A DNA stretch of 54,117 bases, taken from a virus. The notes beneath the pieces were generated by a model. The model was not told where the DNA came from. It did no database searches and saw only the letters and a list, made by a program, of their open reading frames with translations. The DNA is taken from IMG/VR virus record IMGVR_UViG_3300045988_074595. One strand, 5' to 3'. The position numbers and the translations under genes were made by a program. Shown in pieces: positions 18,173 through 26,018 of the stretch (position 1 is the first letter of the stretch; each line of letters starts with the position of its first letter).

Positions 18173-18190
18173 TGTATATTAAACTATACA
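18173..18190 (+). promoter_or_regulatory. perfect dyad TGTATA-ttaaac-TATACA upstream of the clamp operon
   Basis: Read directly. It is immediately followed by the RBS aggagg and ATG 18206. Confidence 0.55.
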
Positions 18191-18205
18191 GGAGGAAATA
18201 AATAC

Positions 18206-19267
18206 ATGAGTATTACTTTTAAAACTAAAGACATGCTTAACGTAGTAGCATCGCTAAACAACCTAACACCTAGTAAGTTGTTAGAAATTACTAGATATTG
18301 GTATATCCAGGGGTATGACGGTATTATTACCTTTACGGCCTACGATGGATCTAACTGGGTTCGTTATACGTTGGAAGCGGACGGTGAGATTGATGTTATT
18401 GTTAGAGCAGAGCAGTTTGGAAAACTTGTTGAAAAATCTACAGTTGAAAACCTTACACTTACACCGAAAGGTGAATATTTAGAGGTGAAGGGTAACGGTA
18501 CCTACAAGGTGGATATTGTAGCAGGGGATGAAGATTATCCATTGTTTGATGATCAACTTCCTGAAGACTTGGACGACTTGGAACCAACTGAAGTTAAAAG
18601 TTCACTATTTTACGAGATTGTGAACATTAACGATTCTGCTATCTCACGTAGTAACGCAGACGGTATCTATACTGGGTACCTATTAGACAATGACAAAGCA
18701 ATTACTACTGATGTTATCCGTGTATGTATCAATCCTATTGAAGACATTGGTACTAAGATGCTTATTTCCCAACCTACAATGAAACTTCTTGCTAGTCTTA
18801 CGGACGAGGAAGCTTATGTTTGGGTACTGGGGGACTACATTTATGTAACTACTAGCACAGTAGAAATTTACGGTAAATTGTTAGAAGGTGTTGAAGATTA
18901 TCAAGATATGTCTGTAATGGACGAACAAGAATTTTCTGCCCAAGTTAAATTACCGACAGTAGAAATCCAAAGTATTTTGGAACGTCTTACTTTGTTTATG
19001 AGTCCTTTTGACAAAGCAGCTGCTCGTCTTGTGTTTGGTAAGAATGGTCTTACTATTAAAACGCAGTCCGGATCCAAAGAAGATGTAGGTTACACAGAAG
19101 CGAAAAAAGTAGTTGAACAAGAGTGTATTATTAACACTTTGCTACTTAAGGAAATCCTCAGTACAGTAAGTGAAGATTACTTTAGTGTTGATTTTGGTAA
19201 TGAACTTTGCTTGCGTATTAAGTCGAACGGTATTGTTTACTATTTGGCTACGCAGGAGGAACAATAA
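18206..19267 (+). CDS. DNA polymerase sliding clamp (DnaN/beta-like)
   Basis: 353 aa, a size typical of beta clamps. Encoded in the same module as the clamp-loader subunits. No sharp motif, so the call is contextual. Confidence 0.55.
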   Translation: MSITFKTKDMLNVVASLNNLTPSKLLEITRYWYIQGYDGIITFTAYDGSNWVRYTLEADGEIDVIVRAEQFGKLVEKSTVENLTLTPKGEYLEVKGNGTYKVDIVAGDEDYPLFDDQLPEDLDDLEPTEVKSSLFYEIVNINDSAISRSNADGIYTGYLLDNDKAITTDVIRVCINPIEDIGTKMLISQPTMKLLASLTDEEAYVWVLGDYIYVTTSTVEIYGKLLEGVEDYQDMSVMDEQEFSAQVKLPTVEIQSILERLTLFMSPFDKAAARLVFGKNGLTIKTQSGSKEDVGYTEAKKVVEQECIINTLLLKEILSTVSEDYFSVDFGNELCLRIKSNGIVYYLATQEEQ

Positions 19268-20040
19268 TGGCTAAGAAATTAGCTAGGATTGCAAAAATGG
19301 TAGCAGCTGAATCTAAGAATGAACCTGCTACGGATTTTGTAAATCAATTCACTAAATTTATTGAAACATCTCAAAAACCATACACCCCCTCTCGGTACTA
19401 TAAACCTAGTGGCGTGGGCGGGTGTTTGCGTAAAATGTATTTTGAACGTATTGGACAACCCCTACAGGATAACGCAAGTTACAATCTAATTGCCATGGGT
19501 GAAGCAGGTACTATGCGACATGAGGCTTTACAAGAATACATGGTCAATTTTAGTAAGAAGGATCCTAATTTTGAGTGGTTAAAAGTGGACGAGTATTTGG
19601 ATGAACATCCTGTAGAAGGTACTAACGTGGATACTAATTTTGTCAAAAATGACTTTGAGACAAAATGTAAGAACGAACTTCTTCAACTGTCGTTTCTATG
19701 TGATGGACTTGTTAGGTGGCAAGGTAAGGTCTACATTATGGAGATTAAGACGGAGACTATGTTTAAGTTTAATAAACATACTGAGCCTTACGAAGAACAT
19801 AAAATGCAAGCTACTTGTTACGGCATGTGCATTGGAGTTGACGATGTTATTTTCCTTTATGAAAATAGGGATAACTTTGAAAAGAAAGCCTATGTATATC
19901 ATATTACTGACGACATGAAGGAACAGGTACTTCACAAGCTGCAAGAGTGTGAAAAGTATGTCGAATTAGGTATTAGTCCGAAGGTGTACTGTAGTTCTAG
20001 TTATTGTCCATACTGTAGGAAGGAGGGACGTAAACTATGA
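19267..20040 (+). CDS. PD-(D/E)XK exonuclease of the Cas4/RecB-like type with a 4-Cys cluster
   Basis: N-terminal GGCLRKMYF, catalytic CDGLV...YIMEIKT, and C-terminal CSSSYCPYC. Confidence 0.75.
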   Translation: MAKKLARIAKMVAAESKNEPATDFVNQFTKFIETSQKPYTPSRYYKPSGVGGCLRKMYFERIGQPLQDNASYNLIAMGEAGTMRHEALQEYMVNFSKKDPNFEWLKVDEYLDEHPVEGTNVDTNFVKNDFETKCKNELLQLSFLCDGLVRWQGKVYIMEIKTETMFKFNKHTEPYEEHKMQATCYGMCIGVDDVIFLYENRDNFEKKAYVYHITDDMKEQVLHKLQECEKYVELGISPKVYCSSSYCPYCRKEGRKL

Positions 20041-20528
20041 CTTATACAGGAAAACAGTTCGAACAGGATTTCAAAGAGTCCTTCGAACCGTTGCCTAAAA
20101 ATGTAACCCTTTTGCGACTATATGATACTACTAATGGATTTAGGGGTATCCACAATCCCTGTGACTTTATTTTAGGAACTAAATACGGCACTATCTATGT
20201 TGAACTTAAAACCACTAAAGAGACTTCTTTGTCGTTCAGGAATATCACTGACGCACAATGGGCAGATTTATCAGTAGCAGATTACTCTAAATACACTCAT
20301 TGTGGTATCCTTGTGTATTTTCAAGCTTATGGCAAAGTGTATTGGTATCCAATTAGTCAACTATCTCAACTACGCAAGGCAGGAGCTAAGTCCATTAACC
20401 CTACTAAGTTAACTCATTTAGGGTACCCAGTTCCTCACGTTAAGAAGCGAGTACATATTCGACTGAACTTTGATGCCTTTGTGGACATTATTGGACAAGG
20501 TGTGGAGGACTTAAATGGGAAGAGCTAA
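20037..20528 (+). CDS. recU: RecU-like Holliday-junction resolvase
   Basis: GKQFEQDF ... PCDFILGT..GTIYVELKTT ... ITDAQW matches the RecU pattern. Confidence 0.7.
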   Translation: MTYTGKQFEQDFKESFEPLPKNVTLLRLYDTTNGFRGIHNPCDFILGTKYGTIYVELKTTKETSLSFRNITDAQWADLSVADYSKYTHCGILVYFQAYGKVYWYPISQLSQLRKAGAKSINPTKLTHLGYPVPHVKKRVHIRLNFDAFVDIIGQGVEDLNGKS

Positions 20529-21078
20529 GTTACCTCAAATTGACATTCGGTTGGAAGAGTTGCAGGAAGTAGCTGGCAATGTTGAACAATATGGGGATAT
20601 TGTAAATACTGTAGTAGACGAAGTAGTTACTAAGGCTACTAAAGATTTAGATAGTTTAGTAGGTCAAATTCAACTAGACCTCAAAGATGTTCAGTCCCTA
20701 ACTACAGAGCAACTAAACTATTATATTTCTTACCTGCCTACAGTCATGTATTATGTCACAGACAGAGCTGAGTTAGTAGGTATTAAGATGGACGCTAGTT
20801 CTGCTATTAGGCGTGAAAAATACGACGACTTATATGCTTTTGCGGCGGGTAAGACCATACCTGACAAGGAAGCAGAGACTAGGAAGCTAGTAATGAATGA
20901 AACCGTAATGGAGACTGCTTACAAACGAGCCTATAAAAAAGTTCAATTTAAGTTGGAACAGGCGGATAAAATATTAGCGTCTTTGAAAAGGGTCCATCAA
21001 TTTAGACTTACTGACTTGGATCTTACAAATTATAATTCGAAAGGAATAACTTTAAATGCAAGAAATCGTAAAGGTTAA
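20515..21078 (+). CDS. hypothetical coiled-coil protein (possible recombination mediator)
   Basis: 187 aa, located between RecU and RecA. Weak resemblance to T4 UvsY at both ends (IRLEELQE...; ...ILASLKRVHQFR). Confidence 0.45.
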   Translation: MGRAKLPQIDIRLEELQEVAGNVEQYGDIVNTVVDEVVTKATKDLDSLVGQIQLDLKDVQSLTTEQLNYYISYLPTVMYYVTDRAELVGIKMDASSAIRREKYDDLYAFAAGKTIPDKEAETRKLVMNETVMETAYKRAYKKVQFKLEQADKILASLKRVHQFRLTDLDLTNYNSKGITLNARNRKG

Positions 21079-21547
21079 AATGATTGACGACAAACTAGAT
21101 AAGCTAGTTTACACAGGAGATTGGGTAGATGTGCGTGTTAGTGCTATTAGTGGACTAGACGCTACTAAAGATCAAATCTCACGCTGTCGAAAAGCATTGA
21201 ACTTGGGACAGGTTTTGGATATTCAAAAAGGAGATACTGTCAAAATTGTCCATGGATTTGCTGTGGAACTTCCTAAAGGACACGAAGCTATTCTAATGCC
21301 TCGTTCTAGTATGTTCAAAAAGACAGGACTTATTTTCGTGTCAAGTGGCGTGATTGACGAAGGTTACAATGGTAATAGTGACGAGTGGTTTAGTGTTTGG
21401 TATGCTACACGAGATACTAAATTGTTTTATGATCAACGCATTGCTCAGTTCCGTATTCAACAAAAACAACCTAAGTTGTCCTTCGAATATGTAAACGATC
21501 TTAACAACGAGGGACGAGGAGGACATGGAAGCACAGGAGATTTCTAA
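21056..21547 (+). CDS. dut: dUTP pyrophosphatase (trimeric dUTPase)
   Basis: PRSSMFKK, GVIDEGYNGNSDEW and C-terminal GRGGHGSTG motifs. Confidence 0.88.
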   Translation: MQEIVKVKMIDDKLDKLVYTGDWVDVRVSAISGLDATKDQISRCRKALNLGQVLDIQKGDTVKIVHGFAVELPKGHEAILMPRSSMFKKTGLIFVSSGVIDEGYNGNSDEWFSVWYATRDTKLFYDQRIAQFRIQQKQPKLSFEYVNDLNNEGRGGHGSTGDF

Positions 21548-22711
21548 ATGAAACTAGAGCAGATAATGCAGGACTGGAACAAGGATTCTAAAGCGTTAGT
21601 AGCCTCACACGGTTTGGAACGTGAGGACCTACCTCGTATCCCATTTTCTAGTCCTATAATGAATTACCAAACATACGGAGGTTTGCCTCGTAAACGTGTG
21701 ATTGAGTTCTTCGGTCCCGAGAGTAGTGGGAAGACTACCTCAGCGCTGGATATTGTTAAAAATGCTCAATACGTGTTTCAATTAGAGTGGGAGCAGTTGC
21801 AGGAAGATTTAACTACAGAACTAAAGGAACTTAAAAACAAAAAGGGTTCACACAAAACAAGGATGAAGGAAATCCAAATGCAGTTGGACGCTCATAAGGA
21901 ACCTTTGAAAATTGTATACTTGGATCTTGAAAATACATTAGACACGGATTGGGCTAAAAAGCTGGGTGTAGATGTTGATAACTTGTGGATTGTGCGTCCC
22001 GAACATAACTCGGCAGAGGAAATTCTGCAGTATGTAATTGAGATGTACGATACTGGAGAAGTAGGACTTATTGTTTTAGACTCACTACCTTACATGGTTA
22101 GTCAAAACCTGTTGGACGAGGAGCTTACTAAAAAAGCGTACGCAGGTATCTCAGCTCCTCTTACAGAATTTAGTCGCAAAGTGACTCCTTATTTGACTAA
22201 GTACAATGCCATCTTTTTAGGTATTAATCAAATTCGTGAGGATCTTAACAGTATGTATTCTACTTATTCAACACCCGGTGGTAAGATGTGGAAGCATGCT
22301 TGTGCCGTCCGTATTAAGTTCCGTAAGGGAGACTTTATTGACGAGAAGGGGGATAAGGTTAACCGAACAGCTCGTAATCCTGCCGGTAACATGGTAGAAG
22401 CGTTTGTGGAGAAAACAAAGGCATTTAAACCTGACCGTAAGTTAGTTCAGTATACTTTGTCATATCACGAAGGTATTCAAGTAGAAAGTGATCTTGTAGA
22501 TGTAGCTATTGAATATGGATTTGTAGCAAAAAGCGGAGCATGGTTTACTATTCTGGATCCTGACACAGGTGAACTTCTACAGGACGCAGAGGGGGAAGAT
22601 TTAAAATTTCAGGGTAAGGCTAAAATTGTTCAGCGTTTAAGGGAAGATGACGAAGTGTTTGACCAACTTATGACTAACGTACATGAGGCTATCACTTACG
22701 AGGAAACCTAA
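21548..22711 (+). CDS. recA: RecA-family recombinase
   Basis: EFFGPESSGKTTSALD Walker A, IVLDSLPYM, and RecA-like length with an insertion after the P-loop. Confidence 0.88.
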   Translation: MKLEQIMQDWNKDSKALVASHGLEREDLPRIPFSSPIMNYQTYGGLPRKRVIEFFGPESSGKTTSALDIVKNAQYVFQLEWEQLQEDLTTELKELKNKKGSHKTRMKEIQMQLDAHKEPLKIVYLDLENTLDTDWAKKLGVDVDNLWIVRPEHNSAEEILQYVIEMYDTGEVGLIVLDSLPYMVSQNLLDEELTKKAYAGISAPLTEFSRKVTPYLTKYNAIFLGINQIREDLNSMYSTYSTPGGKMWKHACAVRIKFRKGDFIDEKGDKVNRTARNPAGNMVEAFVEKTKAFKPDRKLVQYTLSYHEGIQVESDLVDVAIEYGFVAKSGAWFTILDPDTGELLQDAEGEDLKFQGKAKIVQRLREDDEVFDQLMTNVHEAITYEET

Positions 22712-23082
22712 TGAACCAACGCAGCCTATTTAGCAAACCTACTGGACCTAAAGTAAGAAGGGTTCCTACACGAAGCCGGAAGGCTTCTTTTAATACAGAA
22801 ATTGTTCGGAAAATCGAACACAGGCAAAGACAAATATTAGTTCACTCTAACCTATATTACCGCCAAGGTACAAACCTAGTTGAGGACCATGTGTATGACA
22901 GGTGGGCACACGAACTGTATGATTTAATTGTTCAGTATCCTAACGAGTTTAAACAAACTGAATGGTTTACTGCTTTTCAGGATTACGACGGTAATACAGG
23001 CATGGGACTTCCTTACACGGATCCATGGGTAGAGGGAACAGCATTACACCTAGTTAAGCTATTTGGAGGAGGAATCACTTGA
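22711..23082 (+). CDS. hypothetical protein resembling the Ia (N-terminal) domain of NAD-dependent DNA ligase
   Basis: LVHSNLYYRQGTNLVEDHVYDRWAHELYDLIVQYPNEF parallels the LigA Ia pattern YY..P.isD.eYD.L..eL..lE..yP. Confidence 0.4.
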   Translation: MNQRSLFSKPTGPKVRRVPTRSRKASFNTEIVRKIEHRQRQILVHSNLYYRQGTNLVEDHVYDRWAHELYDLIVQYPNEFKQTEWFTAFQDYDGNTGMGLPYTDPWVEGTALHLVKLFGGGIT

Positions 23083-24110
23083 TAAATTTAGCTAATAAAT
23101 ATAGACCTACTACGTTTGAGGATGTAGTAGCTCAGTCCTATGTTAAGGACGTACTTTTAAACCAACTTGAAACCGAAGAGACTAAGCAAGCCTATTTGTT
23201 CTGCGGTGGAGCAGGGACAGGTAAAACTACCTCAGCTCGTATCTTTGCTAACGATGTTAACAAGGGACATGGAACTCCAATTGAAATTGACGCTGCGTCC
23301 AATAATGGTGTTGAAAATGTTCGAAACATTATAGAGGACGCTAAGTTTAAATCGCTGGATAGTAAGTATAAAGTCTACATTATTGACGAAGTTCATATGC
23401 TGTCCATTGGAGCATTTAATGCCTTACTGAAAACATTAGAGGAACCTCCTGCTGGTACTATTTTCATTCTATGTACTACGGATCCACAAAAAATCCCTGC
23501 TACAATCATGTCCCGTGTTCAGCGCTTTGACTTCACTAAAATTGACTTGGAGCAAATTGTAGATCGACTTGAATATATTATCAACAGTGAATGTGAAGAA
23601 GGAGCTCCGTACGAGTATGATGTAGAAGCTCTTGCCTTTATAGCTAAGTTAGCGGAAGGGGGTATGAGGGATGCCATTACACGCCTTGAAAAAGTACTGG
23701 ATTACGATCACGTAGTAACAGTAGAGTCCGTTACTAAGGCTTTGGGAGTTCCAGATTTTGATACATTTTTCAAATTGTTAGTAGCTTTACTGGATAACAA
23801 GTCCGTAGATTGTTTGAATATTTTAAATGACTTGTTCATGTCTGGTAAGGATTTAAAACTCACGTTCCGTAACTTTTCGAACTTCCTTGTAGATGTATGT
23901 AAATACCTACTTGTGAACGATATGTCCCTTACTTCACTGCCGGACTATTTACAAGACAGTTTAGACACACTAGATCCTAAACAGGATTATAGTTTATGCT
24001 TGTGGGTACTGGAGGAAATTACTAAACTTAATAGCACGATTAAATGGGAACCTTCACCTAAACCTATTATTGAAGCTCAGTTCCTACTTATGACACAAGC
24101 GGAGGATTAA
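23079..24110 (+). CDS. clamp-loader ATPase, DNA polymerase III gamma/tau-like subunit
   Basis: YRPTTFEDVV, GGAGTGKTTSARIFA, IIDEVHMLS, LKTLEEPP, SRVQRFDF. Confidence 0.9.
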   Translation: MINLANKYRPTTFEDVVAQSYVKDVLLNQLETEETKQAYLFCGGAGTGKTTSARIFANDVNKGHGTPIEIDAASNNGVENVRNIIEDAKFKSLDSKYKVYIIDEVHMLSIGAFNALLKTLEEPPAGTIFILCTTDPQKIPATIMSRVQRFDFTKIDLEQIVDRLEYIINSECEEGAPYEYDVEALAFIAKLAEGGMRDAITRLEKVLDYDHVVTVESVTKALGVPDFDTFFKLLVALLDNKSVDCLNILNDLFMSGKDLKLTFRNFSNFLVDVCKYLLVNDMSLTSLPDYLQDSLDTLDPKQDYSLCLWVLEEITKLNSTIKWEPSPKPIIEAQFLLMTQAED

Positions 24111-24113
24111 GAT

Positions 24114-24938
24114 ATGCAGTTTGTGGGTCAACTTACAAATAAGGAGTTTATTCGACAAAGACAGTCCTTACCTAACAGTACTGTTATTTTAGGGGAACAC
24201 CTTTCAGGCAAACATACATTCGCAAAATATATGGCACAGGAACTAGGGTATGATTGTATCTTTTTGGACAACAAAATAGATGCTATTAGGGAAATGATAT
24301 ACGAGACATCTAACTTTAGTCGTCCTACAATGGTAGTGATTTCTGTTAAAGATATGTCCGTATCAGCAAAGAACAGTCTTTTGAAAATAACGGAAGAGCC
24401 TCCTACTAACGTTAGACTTTGCTTAGTAGCAAATAGTGAACAGGAGTTGCTTAACACACTAATTTCAAGATCCTGGGTAATTTCTATGCTTCCCTATACA
24501 AGAGACCAGCTTATTGAATATTTAAAGTTGAACAATATTGACAGTAAGGAACCTGCTAAAATTTTTAACAGTCCTGGACAAATTAAGTGGGTATTAGATA
24601 ACTTAGGAACACAAGGTTTGGACTTGTATTTAGAAAAAGTTCAGTTCTTTTGTGACAATATCTTGCAAGTAAGTCCTAGTAACGCACTAAAGGTAGCGGA
24701 TTGGTTTAAGTTTAAAGACACAGACAAACGAGAAGATGCGTTGGACTTGGTTATGTTTTTAGGTTGTGTGATAAATCAACTATCTTACAATGCTGTAAGT
24801 GGACAAGTAGACGACCTTACAAGTCATTTTATGTTGGTCTTGTGTGTGTCAGGATGTCTTCAAAAAGTACAGAAGAAGGGCAGTAACCCACTATTTGCGG
24901 TGAACGAAATGCTTACGGAGGTGACAAGTATTGGCTAA
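24114..24938 (+). CDS. clamp-loader delta-prime-like subunit
   Basis: Degenerate P-loop GEHLSGKHTFA, NSLLKITEEPP, LISRSWVI. Confidence 0.75.
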   Translation: MQFVGQLTNKEFIRQRQSLPNSTVILGEHLSGKHTFAKYMAQELGYDCIFLDNKIDAIREMIYETSNFSRPTMVVISVKDMSVSAKNSLLKITEEPPTNVRLCLVANSEQELLNTLISRSWVISMLPYTRDQLIEYLKLNNIDSKEPAKIFNSPGQIKWVLDNLGTQGLDLYLEKVQFFCDNILQVSPSNALKVADWFKFKDTDKREDALDLVMFLGCVINQLSYNAVSGQVDDLTSHFMLVLCVSGCLQKVQKKGSNPLFAVNEMLTEVTSIG

Positions 24939-25824
24939 TTTAGTAGACTTTATGCAAGATATTAAAAACAGTGATTTGAAACCTTTGTATGTTTTTGTAG
25001 GGGACGACATTGGACTAATGAACATTTATTTGGATCATATCAAACCTAAACCTATTAGGGAGTCTAGTGTAGGAGCTGTAATTACTAACCTTACTCAACG
25101 TTCACTAACTAACCGAATTAGTGTTTATGTTATTAGGGACGATAAAGACTTTTTGAAAAACGAGTCCCGTTGGAAAAGACTTGAGGATATTAAGTATGGA
25201 ACGTTGGTACTTATGTATACTAATCTTCCGTCTAATAGTAAGTTCTTAAAGACGTTTAAAGACAATGTTATCACTTTTGAAAAAATGACAACTCCTCAAC
25301 TAATGAACCATTTCCGTAAGAAGTACAAAATTAACGATAAAATAATTGAACAGGTAATTGAGTTTTGTGAAAGAGATTATTCTCGTATTAGTAGTGAGCT
25401 TGATAAAATCATTCGACTGCGAAATGTAAGTGTGAACGACGTTCAAAACATTGTCCATCCTGTTGAAGAGTTTGAGGTTTTCAAAGCTATTGACCATGTA
25501 ATTCAGTATCAACCTAAACTAGCCTTTGAAGATGTTCAACTAATGATTAGCGGGGAGGAAAATATTTTGGGATACCTTACTTTGCTATACAATCAGTTTT
25601 CGAATGCTTGTCGGGTGTTAGGTACTCCTAACGCTAAAGAATCAACTGTAGGGGTTAAACAGTTCCTAATTAACAAAATTAACAAGTCCTTTAATTACAG
25701 TTTAGAGTCTGCGTTTGCAGGTATGAACATTATTTCAAAATACATTGAAGGCATTAAAGCAGGTAATTACTTACCTAACATGGCAGTACAGATGTGTTTG
25801 TTAGAAATATTCAACTTAAACTAA
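24931..25824 (+). CDS. clamp-loader delta-like subunit (HolA-like)
   Basis: TTG start. N-terminal LKPLYVFVGDDIGLMNIYL is typical of delta subunits. Follows gamma/tau and delta-prime. Confidence 0.65.
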   Translation: MANLVDFMQDIKNSDLKPLYVFVGDDIGLMNIYLDHIKPKPIRESSVGAVITNLTQRSLTNRISVYVIRDDKDFLKNESRWKRLEDIKYGTLVLMYTNLPSNSKFLKTFKDNVITFEKMTTPQLMNHFRKKYKINDKIIEQVIEFCERDYSRISSELDKIIRLRNVSVNDVQNIVHPVEEFEVFKAIDHVIQYQPKLAFEDVQLMISGEENILGYLTLLYNQFSNACRVLGTPNAKESTVGVKQFLINKINKSFNYSLESAFAGMNIISKYIEGIKAGNYLPNMAVQMCLLEIFNLN

Positions 25825-25843
25825 ACTATTTTAGGAGTTTTGG

Positions 25844-25861
25844 TGTATATTAAAGTATACA
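25844..25861 (+). promoter_or_regulatory. perfect dyad TGTATA-ttaaag-TATACA upstream of the HD-hydrolase operon
   Basis: Read directly; followed by the RBS aaggagg. Confidence 0.55.
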
Positions 25862-25877
25862 GAAAAGGAGGAACCGA

Positions 25878-26018
25878 ATGGCATGCACACTGGATACTCA
25901 ATTAGTTCGAATCGTACCTGTATCTAATTTAGGGTACCTAAATCAGTTAGTTAAGAAGTATGGAAAAGATACTTCGATTGTTGAAATTTATAAAAGAGAA
26001 AAGGAAATTGCTAAATGA
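25878..26018 (+). CDS. small protein (46 aa), absent from the ORF track
   Basis: AAGGAGG lies 7 nt upstream of ATG 25878. Sequence MACTLDTQLVRIVPVSNLGYLNQLVKKYGKDTSIVEIYKREKEIAK. The stop overlaps the next start (ATGA). Confidence 0.6.
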   Translation: MACTLDTQLVRIVPVSNLGYLNQLVKKYGKDTSIVEIYKREKEIAK

